From a virus (taxonomy: Duplodnaviria > Heunggongvirae > Uroviricota > Caudoviricetes): DNA of 64,000 nt. The translations under genes and the position numbers were made by a program. The DNA lies in the IMG/VR virus record IMGVR_UViG_3300006201_000003, positions 95-64,094 of that record. One strand, 5' to 3'. This document shows positions 8,896-18,900 of this stretch, piece by piece; position 1 is the first letter of the stretch, and each line of letters begins with the position of its first letter. Below the pieces are notes generated by a model. It saw only the letters and a list, made by a program, of their open reading frames with translations. It was not told where the DNA came from and did no database searches.

Positions 8896-9300
8896 ATGGC
8901 GAAGAATAAGGCAACAACATATGAAGAAGTTGTGAAAAAGTTCCATTCCATGCCTTTAACCAAGTTTGAAATACAGAAGGGGTTAGAGCGAGAATGGTTT
9001 TCTACAGCAGTAGCTGATTACGAGCTGAATATCGGTTGTGACTTGGAATATAACGAGAAAAAAGAAAAATTCTCAAAGAAACTTGACGGGAGTGTTGTGC
9101 GTACTCTTGCACAAATGATTTATGTGTCATATCTGCAAAGGGAACTTAGCAGAGTTATGGCGATAAATGGTATTTATGCAAAAGATGTTCAAGTGACAGG
9201 GCAAGATGCAACGAAGCGTGTAACAAAGCAAGAGCTTGATGATCAGATTGCTCTTGTAGAGAGGTTGCTTCACCGTCAAAAAGACCCAGCATATGGATGA
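8896..9300 (+). CDS. Head-tail adaptor-like protein
   Basis: Small helical protein after capsid module; positional inference. Confidence 0.5.
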   Translation: MAKNKATTYEEVVKKFHSMPLTKFEIQKGLEREWFSTAVADYELNIGCDLEYNEKKEKFSKKLDGSVVRTLAQMIYVSYLQRELSRVMAINGIYAKDVQVTGQDATKRVTKQELDDQIALVERLLHRQKDPAYG

Positions 9301-9311
9301 GAGGTGATTGT

Positions 9312-10367
9312 ATGTCAGAAGAATCCAGAAACTGGTATCGAATGACACGCCCCTTATTTAATAGTGGCTTTGAGGATGATGAGTTTTGGGCGTATGGACA
9401 AGATGGGTTTCAAGAAGTTCTTGATTCTTTCATTGGGTGTAATGTTCTGATTTACGACAAAACCATAGTATCTATTCCACAGTCAGTTAGAGCTATCGTT
9501 CAGCAAAAGACAAGCGACGTTTATAACAGCACGGTTGTGAGACAAATTCTTTGCAATATTGGCATTTTGAAATGCGGGCAGTATGTGAAGTATGATAATG
9601 CACTTTGGATGGTAAGTGCGCTTCCAGACAATAACCGCATTTATGAGAAAGCCGTAATGTGGAAGTGCAAACACACGATTCGACTGTTGTCCCCGTTGAC
9701 AGGTGAAATTGTGGAATATCCTGTATACAGCACGAACAGCACGCAGTATGGCACAGGCGTTTCAGAAAAGACAAATGTAGATGTTGGTGAAGACCAGCAT
9801 TTAATTTATCTTCCATATAATGAAGAGACAATTTTGTTGGACGATGGTTTTCGTTTTATTATGGATAAAAACAGGGTTCAGCCGACTGTATATAAGATTA
9901 CAAGGGTTGATTCTGTTTCTTATGCAGTTGGAGCAGAGCACTATAACGATGGGCTGATTCAATGGGCTGTGTTGGAAGATAAGTTTGATGAAGCAACTGA
10001 TAGTCGAGAGGAAATGATCGCCGGCTATTATTGTAAGGAATCTGGTGGAACAGAAAACGAAAGTGGTTCAAATGGAACGATCACCTTGACTGACTTAGAC
10101 GGTGATTATACGATTGCTGCCGGAGAGCAGAAGCAAATCAGAGTATCGTGCATTGATGCTGATGGGAATGCAATTACTTTGTTTTCGTACCGACTGGAGT
10201 GCAACCTTTTGGATGGAGCTGTTACATTGAGAGATGATGCTGCTGGTACAATTACGCTTATAGCTTCTGACAATATTTTGAATATTGGACAACAGGTAGA
10301 GATTCGAGCTATTAGTGATGAATTAAACAGTGAGGCTACAATCAAAATTCAAATCGTGAACTGGTAG
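9312..10367 (+). CDS. Head closure-like protein with C-terminal Ig-like extension
   Basis: Position after adaptor; beta-rich C-terminus. Confidence 0.45.
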   Translation: MSEESRNWYRMTRPLFNSGFEDDEFWAYGQDGFQEVLDSFIGCNVLIYDKTIVSIPQSVRAIVQQKTSDVYNSTVVRQILCNIGILKCGQYVKYDNALWMVSALPDNNRIYEKAVMWKCKHTIRLLSPLTGEIVEYPVYSTNSTQYGTGVSEKTNVDVGEDQHLIYLPYNEETILLDDGFRFIMDKNRVQPTVYKITRVDSVSYAVGAEHYNDGLIQWAVLEDKFDEATDSREEMIAGYYCKESGGTENESGSNGTITLTDLDGDYTIAAGEQKQIRVSCIDADGNAITLFSYRLECNLLDGAVTLRDDAAGTITLIASDNILNIGQQVEIRAISDELNSEATIKIQIVNW

Positions 10368-10381
10368 GGGAGGTGATACGT

Positions 10382-10879
10382 ATGCCGCATTTTGATGCAA
10401 TCATTCGGCAAAAGAGTCTTTTGAGGAAAAAGCTGTTACAAAGTCAATCAGTAGTAAATTTGCTTTGTAATACAGGAAACAACGTGGTTGATTTTGAAAA
10501 TATAAAAACGGGAAGCAAAAGCCCTGCGGCATCACTTATCAAAACCCATTTTTACGTCCCTGGCACACAACAGGTAGATAAAAACTTTATCACGATGAGA
10601 AGTCGTGTGGTATATACCGACTCGAATGTGGTGAAGGAGACAGCAATTACTGTCTATATCATCTGTAACGAACATCAAATTGACTTGCTACAAGGTTCGA
10701 GAGCTGACCTGTTGGCAGATGAGGTGGATCGTATTTTGAATAACGGGGAAGAGCCTTTGTTTGGGCTGGGTGGAATTGCATTGAGTACGGCTGATGAGGT
10801 TCAATTTAATGATGGGTTTTCTGGCTGGCAAATCCCATATATCACTCACGAAAGAAATAGGAGTGCAGAATTGTTATGA
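10382..10879 (+). CDS. Tail terminator-like protein
   Basis: Position before tail tube; RADLLADEVDRIL-type segment. Confidence 0.45.
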   Translation: MPHFDAIIRQKSLLRKKLLQSQSVVNLLCNTGNNVVDFENIKTGSKSPAASLIKTHFYVPGTQQVDKNFITMRSRVVYTDSNVVKETAITVYIICNEHQIDLLQGSRADLLADEVDRILNNGEEPLFGLGGIALSTADEVQFNDGFSGWQIPYITHERNRSAELL

Positions 10880-11595
10880 TTGACGATCTGGTTGCGCTGA
10901 CTGGTGATGTGTATAAGATCACGCCGAAAATCGAGGTTAGAAACCCAACTTTACGAGAAATTCACAAATATGGAGAGCAGCAGTATTTTGGACTTGCACA
11001 GACGATTTGCGCAACACCTGCTGATCGTAAGGTGGAAATTTGGGACGCTATGGGTGTTTATTGGGATACAGTAGACGAATACGAACTTTTTGTGTCTACA
11101 TTCAAGGCAATCCAACAACGCGACACGAAGATACTGTTTGGCGATTTGGATATAGCGTCATTCCAGCCTATGATTTCAAAAGACCTCAATGATTTTGTGC
11201 TTGTGAACAAAGATGGCACTGTTATTGATCGAGCGGTTTATAAACTGCTAACCGACTATTTACGGCACATCCATATGTTCAAAAAGAATGTGGTAAAACC
11301 GTATGACGATTATACCAGAGATATTATGATTGAGGCTGACCGTGATGATCGGGAAGACGCTGCAAATAAGCCGTTTGTATCTATGCTGAAACCGCTGGTT
11401 TCTTCTTTGACTAATATGCCTGGATCTCAATTTCGCTGGGATACCGTTTGGGATGCGCCGATAGGTGTTTTTATGGACGGTTTGACACGTATGCAGAAGC
11501 GAGATCATTATTATTTCACAATGCTTGGAATTTATAGTGGTTGTGTTGATGCGAAAAAGATAAATAAGAAAGAGCTTGATTGGATGTCTGAGTGA
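10876..11595 (+). CDS. Hypothetical tail-module protein
   Basis: 239-aa ORF, ATGA overlap with previous gene. Confidence 0.55.
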   Translation: MIDDLVALTGDVYKITPKIEVRNPTLREIHKYGEQQYFGLAQTICATPADRKVEIWDAMGVYWDTVDEYELFVSTFKAIQQRDTKILFGDLDIASFQPMISKDLNDFVLVNKDGTVIDRAVYKLLTDYLRHIHMFKKNVVKPYDDYTRDIMIEADRDDREDAANKPFVSMLKPLVSSLTNMPGSQFRWDTVWDAPIGVFMDGLTRMQKRDHYYFTMLGIYSGCVDAKKINKKELDWMSE

Positions 11596-11628
11596 CGTTC
11601 AATGGCAACAAGGAAAGGATGGTTTATT

Positions 11629-12426
11629 ATGGCTGAAACTTTTGATATCAAGAGCGCTGTCATTAACAGATTCCTCCGTCTGACAGAGGTTGATCTGGAA
11701 TCTGGTATGGTGAACTGGGTGCTTCGTAACATTGAAAGCCCGCAGGCCGAGTTTACTGGTGAGTCTGTGGATAAGACTGACGAGCGTGGTATCCTGATTT
11801 CCCGCTTTGATACCGCAAAGGGCTTTACTCTGTCCGGTGAGAGTTCCAAGCTGGAGCTTGGCCTGATGGCATCTCAGTTGGGTACTGAGGTGCAGGTCGC
11901 AACCGCAGATAAGAAAATCAAAGGTGAGGATTTCGAGGTTATTACCATTGTGGACGATGGCACCGACAAGAAAGCTACCATGGCTTATACTCCACTGGTG
12001 ACGCCTACTGTTGTTTACGCTATCAATAAAGATAAGTCTTTGGGTGATCCCATTGAGGTGGGCACCGAAGATGGAAATGCTCAGATTACCGGCAATGTCA
12101 TTACTCTGCCTGCTTCTTACGCTGGCACCCGCGTTGGTGTTCTGTACCAGTATGAGACTGATGAGGCTGTGCGTGTAACTGACAGTTCTGAGACTTTCAA
12201 TAAGAACGCTAAGTATATTGCCAAGATTCTGGCAGAGGATGTGTGTGGTATTACTGCGGCAATCACCATTGTTATTTCCAAGGGTAAGCTGGACAACAAC
12301 TTCAGCCTGAATTTGACCACCGAGGGGACTCACCCATTCAGCATTTCTGCCATGAAGGATTACTGCTCCGAGGAGGAAGAGCTTTGCTATATTCTCGTCG
12401 GCAAGGCAGTTGGCGTGGGCGTGTAA
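11629..12426 (+). CDS. Major tail (tube) protein
   Basis: Acidic, Thr/Gly-rich, highly biased codons; position in tail module. Confidence 0.7.
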   Translation: MAETFDIKSAVINRFLRLTEVDLESGMVNWVLRNIESPQAEFTGESVDKTDERGILISRFDTAKGFTLSGESSKLELGLMASQLGTEVQVATADKKIKGEDFEVITIVDDGTDKKATMAYTPLVTPTVVYAINKDKSLGDPIEVGTEDGNAQITGNVITLPASYAGTRVGVLYQYETDEAVRVTDSSETFNKNAKYIAKILAEDVCGITAAITIVISKGKLDNNFSLNLTTEGTHPFSISAMKDYCSEEEELCYILVGKAVGVGV

Positions 12427-12429
12427 GCA

Positions 12430-12792
12430 ATGAAGCGTCTGTGTAAGGTGTGCGGTGCAGAGTACGAGTATTGCTATTCCTGTGAAAAGGTTCATAGCTG
12501 GCGTGCTCTCACCGACACGGCAGATCATTACTATATCCTTGGCGTGCTGATGGAGTATCAGAGTAACCATGATGCTCGAAAGGCGTATGATGCGCTATGC
12601 AAGCGTGGGATAGATATTCGGGAAACAAGTGGTTATATCCCAAGCGTTCAGAAACTTCTTGATGAAATCAACGCTTCAGTAGCCGGCAAAAGTCGGGCAA
12701 AAAAGTTGGTTTCTAAGAAGAAACCGAGTTCTGGAGAGTTGACGGAGATCCAACTTCCAGATAATGATGAAGATGGTAAAGAAGATGGCTGA
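12430..12792 (+). CDS. Small Cys-motif (Zn-finger) protein
   Basis: CKVC..CYSC at N-terminus. Confidence 0.6.
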   Translation: MKRLCKVCGAEYEYCYSCEKVHSWRALTDTADHYYILGVLMEYQSNHDARKAYDALCKRGIDIRETSGYIPSVQKLLDEINASVAGKSRAKKLVSKKKPSSGELTEIQLPDNDEDGKEDG

Positions 12793-12810
12793 AGAAGAGG
12801 GCTAAAAAGA

Positions 12811-12840
12811 AAAAGGAGGGCTGATGCCCTCCTTTTTTCG
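12811..12840 (+). terminator. Terminator
   Basis: AAAAGGAGGGC-TGAT-GCCCTCCTTTT plus T tract. Confidence 0.75.
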
Positions 12841-12858
12841 CTTTTGGAGGTGACAGCG

Positions 12859-13392
12859 GTGAATATCCTGGCCGTTGACCAGGCCAGACACGGTGCTTGG
12901 GCCGTTTTTGATTATGAGAAAAAGGCTCTGCTCGATTATGGTACATGGAGTTATGATAATAAAAACTATACATTTGAACAGGCAATTTTGCACATTGAAG
13001 CGTTGATAGGTGAAGTAATATACACGCATAACATCAGTGCTGTTTTCTTCGAGGACATTCAGCTAAGAAAAAATGTTCAATCGTTTAAGAAATTGGCGCA
13101 GTTGCAAGGCGTACTCGTTAATTTGTGTGAGAAAAACGAATACCTTTATGGTCTTGTAGCACCAACGCAATGGCAAAATTTCTGCAAAGCAAGAGGGAGA
13201 ACTACCAAAGAAATCAAGTCGAAAGTAACTGAGATTGACAAAGGTGAAAAGACATCTTCTAAGGTTCTTTCTATGCAATTTGTAAAAGATAACTTTGGAA
13301 TTGAAACTGAGAACGATAATTTATCTGATGCGATTTGCATTGGTCATTTCGTTGTGAATAAGCTGACTATTTCAAAAGGAGAAAAGATATGA
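12859..13392 (+). CDS. RuvC-like Holliday junction resolvase
   Basis: ILAVDQ, FFEDIQ and NDNLSDAICIG acidic motifs of the RNase H/RuvC fold. Confidence 0.75.
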   Translation: MNILAVDQARHGAWAVFDYEKKALLDYGTWSYDNKNYTFEQAILHIEALIGEVIYTHNISAVFFEDIQLRKNVQSFKKLAQLQGVLVNLCEKNEYLYGLVAPTQWQNFCKARGRTTKEIKSKVTEIDKGEKTSSKVLSMQFVKDNFGIETENDNLSDAICIGHFVVNKLTISKGEKI

Positions 13393-14036
13393 GTACAAAT
13401 ATGAAGAATGGCGTCAAATGCGAGTTTGAGGATGAATTTCAAGATGTTCAGGCTCTGATGGATGATTTGCTGCCAGACCCATCGTTGCTTGAATTTTATC
13501 GACGGTTGAAAAAGCGGGAAATTCTTTGGAATGATCTGATTGATGATACCACTATTGATATTGCACTCTACATTAGGAAATGGAATGAAGAGGATAAGGG
13601 TGTCGCTATCGAAAAGCGCAGTCCCATTAAAATCTTTATCAATTCTGATGGCGGTAGCGCGGATACGGTACTTCATATCATCGACATGATTAAACTCTCA
13701 AAGACTCCTGTTTATACCATTGGAATGGGGCGGGTGTATAGCGCTGGTGGCCTATTACTTATGGCTGGTCATAAACGGTTTATCTTTCCGCATACCAGTT
13801 GTTTGATTCACGACGGATCTTCTGGCACAATCGGTAGCATCGGCAAAATGCTGGACAATCTTGAATTTACAAAAGAGTTGGAAAAACGGATGAAAGAGTA
13901 TATTCTGTCCAGCACTCGAATTACGGAGGAAGTGTATGATCGGAACTACAGAAGGGATTGGTTTATGTTTAGCGAGGAAATGATTCAGCTTGGCATTGCC
14001 GATGAGATTGTAACCGATATTGATACTATTCTTTAA
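13389..14036 (+). CDS. clpP: ClpP-like serine protease
   Basis: IFINSDGG, GRVYSAGGLL (Ser), LIHDG (His), RDWFMFSEEMIQLGIADEI. Confidence 0.85.
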   Translation: MSTNMKNGVKCEFEDEFQDVQALMDDLLPDPSLLEFYRRLKKREILWNDLIDDTTIDIALYIRKWNEEDKGVAIEKRSPIKIFINSDGGSADTVLHIIDMIKLSKTPVYTIGMGRVYSAGGLLLMAGHKRFIFPHTSCLIHDGSSGTIGSIGKMLDNLEFTKELEKRMKEYILSSTRITEEVYDRNYRRDWFMFSEEMIQLGIADEIVTDIDTIL

Positions 14037-14048
14037 GGAGTGAAAAAT

Positions 14049-14774
14049 ATGGCACGGAAGAATACAGGTACAGATATTTATGATGTTCCAACAACCCTCT
14101 CTAAGCATCCGTTTTATGGCTTGCAACTGGACGAACAGCAACAGGCGTTTCGAGACGCAATCTGGAATAAGGATAAGCTGATTGTATTCTGTAACGCAAA
14201 AGCTGGAACGGGTAAGACCTTGATTGCTACAGCTACAGCAAATCTTCTTTATGAGTATGGTAGAAGTAATGGCATTGTTTATATTGCCTCTCCTACTCAG
14301 GAGCAAAAGCAGGGATATTTGAAAGGGACTATCGAAGAGAAGTCTGAACCGTATTTTGAGCCGTTTTATGAGGCATTAACAAAAATTGGAGTAAATCGCA
14401 ACACCACGTTCCATGATGGTGCGGTCAACGAGAAATACCAAAGTGCCTATATCGAGTGTCTGACGCACACATTTCTTCGCGGTACAAATTTTGAGAACAA
14501 GGTCGTAATCATTGATGAAGCGCAGAATTTCTATTTTGACGAGTTAAAGAAAGTGCTGACCAGAGTTCACGATAGTTGCAAAATTATTGTGATTGGTCAC
14601 GACGGACAGAATGACTTGCTTTCAAACCCAGAGAGATCTGGGTTTGTTCCATATATGGAGTGGTTTGACGGTGATGAGCGTACCGCTGTTTGCCACTTAG
14701 AGAAAAACTATCGCGGTTGGATTAGCCAGCACGCAGATGACCTAACTTATGGGTTCGCTATGAAAATGAAATGA
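14049..14774 (+). CDS. phoH: PhoH-family ATPase
   Basis: AKAGTGKT Walker A, FLRGTNF, IIDEAQN, GHDGQND. Confidence 0.85.
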   Translation: MARKNTGTDIYDVPTTLSKHPFYGLQLDEQQQAFRDAIWNKDKLIVFCNAKAGTGKTLIATATANLLYEYGRSNGIVYIASPTQEQKQGYLKGTIEEKSEPYFEPFYEALTKIGVNRNTTFHDGAVNEKYQSAYIECLTHTFLRGTNFENKVVIIDEAQNFYFDELKKVLTRVHDSCKIIVIGHDGQNDLLSNPERSGFVPYMEWFDGDERTAVCHLEKNYRGWISQHADDLTYGFAMKMK

Positions 14775-14792
14775 ATTTGGAGGAACACGATA

Positions 14793-15413
14793 ATGAAGAA
14801 AATCGCTGTGAACACCATTAAGACCTTTTTGAAGGAGCGGAAAGCCGCTAATATCACAAATGTATCGTTTCCGGTTGGAGATAGATCCTTTGATGTTGAA
14901 ATCAAAACTTCACTGACGGTGGCTGAAAAGACTACATTTATCAATCGGCTGCTATCTGGCTGTTTTGATGTGGCGGGTAATTTCCGTCCAGAATATGTGA
15001 CGCCTATGCTACGGGCCACTATTCTTCAAATGTGTACCAACGTCCCTATTATGACTCTCAAAAACGAGCAGAGTGAGGACGGCGGCAGTTTGATGGATAT
15101 TGAGGCTATGAACGCCCTGTATGTAGCAATGGATCTTGACAGCCTGGAAAACGGCGAGTATCAAGCTATGATGGGTGAACTTGTGCATTTGTGCAATTTG
15201 GCGATTGACTGGAAGAAGAGCTGTATTATTAGCGCTGGCACTTTGGACAGTTCTCTGCGTGGTTTGATTGAAACACTGAATGCCAAGGTAGAGAGCGTTG
15301 ATGCAAGCAATCTGATGGAATTTGCTGGGCAGTTGTCCGAAGTGACGAAAGGTTTGGACGAGGGCGGAATTTTGAAAGGACTGCTCCAGTTGCACGAAAG
15401 CAAGAAAAATTGA
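14793..15413 (+). CDS. Hypothetical protein, possible tail assembly chaperone
   Basis: 206-aa ORF two genes before tape measure; positional inference. Confidence 0.45.
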   Translation: MKKIAVNTIKTFLKERKAANITNVSFPVGDRSFDVEIKTSLTVAEKTTFINRLLSGCFDVAGNFRPEYVTPMLRATILQMCTNVPIMTLKNEQSEDGGSLMDIEAMNALYVAMDLDSLENGEYQAMMGELVHLCNLAIDWKKSCIISAGTLDSSLRGLIETLNAKVESVDASNLMEFAGQLSEVTKGLDEGGILKGLLQLHESKKN

Positions 15414-15431
15414 CTTTAAGGAGGTGGCGGC

Positions 15432-15929
15432 ATGGGAATGACCATTCGTGAAGCTCTGGCAGTAGCAAATAAGAATTTGATGCAGAGAGTTGATAATGCC
15501 ATGAGCAATGAGGTTTTCAAAGAAGTGCAGGACGAAGAAGCCGCTACTATTTATGAAGTCGTTTATAAAGTCTATACCCCTCGTATGTATCGTAGACGTG
15601 GTGAGTATGGTGGGCTTGGTGATCCATACAATATTGAGATTGCTGGGGGGAGCGCCAAAGGCGGGATTATGGTTGTTGTCAACCTAACTGATCCTAACCC
15701 TGGTGGATGTGTAAGCGAGTCCCTTGTTACAACGGGAAAGAACCTACCTGAACTTGTGGAATATGGTGACGGGTATAAATTTTATCAATATGACTTTCCA
15801 AAACGTGGTGCAGCCTTTATGGGGCTGCGCCCTTTTACTGCTAAGACGATTCAACACTTGAAAGAAAGCGGAGCACACATTACTGCTTTGAGAGCCGGCT
15901 TACAAAGGCAAGGTGTCAAGTTTAGATAA
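15432..15929 (+). CDS. Tail-completion-like (HK97 gp10-like) protein
   Basis: ELVEYG..RPF motif, directly before tape measure. Confidence 0.5.
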   Translation: MGMTIREALAVANKNLMQRVDNAMSNEVFKEVQDEEAATIYEVVYKVYTPRMYRRRGEYGGLGDPYNIEIAGGSAKGGIMVVVNLTDPNPGGCVSESLVTTGKNLPELVEYGDGYKFYQYDFPKRGAAFMGLRPFTAKTIQHLKESGAHITALRAGLQRQGVKFR

Positions 15930-15957
15930 CTTCAAAAATAAAGGGTGGTGAGAAAAG

Positions 15958-18900
15958 ATGGACGAGGATCTGAAGATTGTATTAACAACCGAATTGGAAG
16001 CGGATGAGCAGGCTTCCGCACAACGAATTTCTGCGCAGCTTCCTAATATCGCAAAGCTAATTAACTCAAAGAGTAGCATTAAAATCGGTGTGTCTCTTGA
16101 CAGCTCTAATATTCAGTATGAGGCTCAAAAGGTCAGCCGTCAGATTTCCCAGGTTACAAAGACACAGGGAATTGGTGTCACGCTAAATCTTGACAAAAGC
16201 TCTGTTAGTAAGATTCAGCAAGAGCTTAATAATCTGAAGGTCAGTCCCGATGTTTCTCGCGCAATGACAGAGCAGTTGGATAAGATGGGTGTTCAGATTG
16301 ATCGCATTTCCGGTCGCTGGGAAGCGGTTAATGGTGAAGAGGAGCGAATGCTGAGTTTGACCATTCAGGGTACAGACCAAATGCAACGAGCTGTAACCTA
16401 TCTCCAAACGTATGATACGGAGACTGGAGAAATCAACACCCATTTGACCAATGTAACAGCGAATTTGAAACAACAGCGGCAAGAAGCGGATCGGCTGGCG
16501 GCAAAAGCTAAGGCTGATAACGAATCAAGAGTGGCATATTTGCAACGTCAAAAGTCCATTCTCGCAGATATCCAGGCTTCTTATGCTGGCGACACCTCTG
16601 CGAAGCCAGTGCATGATGACGCCCATTTACAGCGGCTGAACAGTGCGTATCAGGTGCTGAATGATAAAATTTCTGAGTTAATCAGTAAAAATGGGCAGCT
16701 GGATAAGGTTCAACGTGCATCACTTGAATCTCAGATTTCCGATTTGCAAAGGCTTGTTAAGGAGTACCAAAACGCTGAGTATGTGGCAACAAAGCTGCGG
16801 ACGAAGGATATAGGAACGATTAAGAAAGATCAGCTGTCTGGTATTGAAGCATTGGAAAAGCGGTTGGAAGCCGCTGGTACACTGACAGAGGATTTCCGTA
16901 AAAAGATTAACACGCTGAAAACCGATCTTAGTAATGTAACAAACAAAGATCAGTTGGTATCGTTCCTTAATAGTTTTGACCAGCTGAATAACGATGTCTC
17001 TGTTTTTCAAGAGCGGCTTCGTGGAGTAAACAGTATTTATCAACAGATTATTGCGGTTGAGAAGAAAATCACTTCTGTGCAATCATCTATTACTGGTATG
17101 AATCCGCAAACTGACACAAATAAAATTGCTGCTTTGCGTAATGAACTGGCGGTTCTGGAAAATCAGCGAGTATCCCTTGAAGGACAGCTTGCTCCATATG
17201 CTGATATTGTGCAGTATGCGAAACAGGCCACAGCTTTGGAGCAGAGTCGGCTGTTGAATAATACACAGCTGGCGTACTCTCATATGGAACTTGCGGATAA
17301 GGCAAAACAATATGATGTCGCCATGCGCCAAGTGCCGGCTACGATTGCTGATCTGGAAACTAAATTCACACGTCTGACAAATCCGACAGCCTCTTTAGTA
17401 GAGAATATGCGGCTGCTTCGAGAAACAGCGGCGCAATATAGCTCGGATATGGGCGCACAAGAAAAGGTTCAAACCTATGAGCGTTTGAAAGTGCTGATTG
17501 GCTCATGTAGCAAGGAAATGTCTCAACTTTTGCGTGTGCAAAATGGAGACTTAGGCAATTTCAAATTCACTCAAAATCTTGAAAAGGCCAAGGCTGATCT
17601 TGAGACTGTTGGCCGAACATGGAGTGCATTAAAACACGATCCTGGTCTTAACGCACAATTTCGGTATCTCCAAGAGAGCTTAAAACAAGTCAATAACCAG
17701 ATGGATCTGACCAAGTGGACAGCGCAATTCAGTACGTTTAAGTCAGAGGTCAAAGCCGCTGGTAAAAATATGCAGTCTTTGGGCGATGTCTTGAAAAACA
17801 ATGTTGGTAAGGTTTTGCAGTGGGTGTCTGCTACTACATTGTTGTTCAGGGCATTTCGTCTTTTAAGGTCTGCAATCAGTACGATTGTTGACCTTGATAC
17901 TGCAATGGTTGATTTGCGAAAGGTAACGATTGCCACTGAAGCGGAGTATCAAAAGTTTTATTTGACATCTAATGAAACCGCAAAAAGACTTGGAGTGACA
18001 ACAGAGGAGATTATTTCTCAAACTGCGGAGTGGGCGCGGCTTGGATTTGCAATGCAAGATGCCGCAAAATTAGCTGAGAACTCTGCAATTTTTGAAGCGA
18101 TTTCTCCTGACATGGATATTACCCAGGCGACAGATGGCTTGGTAAGTATTATCAAGGCGTTTGATATCGAAGTGGAAGATTCCATGGATGGCATTATCTC
18201 GAAGGTCAATGATGTCGGTAACAAATTTGCTGTTTCTAATGGTGATGTCGTCGAGGCTTTGACAAGAAGTTCATCCGCTATGGCGTCTGCCAACAACACA
18301 TTTGAGGAAACTGTTGCCTTAGCTACTGCGGCTATCGAAATCACAAGAGATGCCGCCAGTGTCGGTAATGGACTGAAAACCCTATCAATGCGGATTCGTG
18401 GGTACGACGAGGAGACAGAAGAGTTTTCTGAAGATGTGGCTATACTGACTGGTGAAATTGCTGACTTAACCAAGACTGCAAGTAATCCAGGCGGTATCAG
18501 CCTCTTTGAAGTAGGAGATCCAGACACTTATCGTTCTACTTATGATATTTTGGCTGATATCGCAGATATTTGGGACGAACTTACCGATAAAAACCGTGCT
18601 AAGTTGCTGGAAGCACTCTTCGGCAAACGGCAGGCGCAGATTGGCTCTGCCATTCTCTCTAACTTTGATCAAGCAAGAAGTGCTATTGATAAGATGGAAA
18701 AGAGCGCCGGTAGTGCTGATCGTGAGATGGAGAAGATCACAAATTCACTGGAATATAAGCTGAACGCATTGAAAGAAACGTGGGTTGGTGTAGCTCAAAA
18801 CCTGTTCCAGACTGATGACTTGAAAGCGGTTGTTGATGGCCTGACCGCAATTTCTGAAGTGATTGGTGCGCTTACTGGGCAGCTTGGTCTGTTTGGTACA

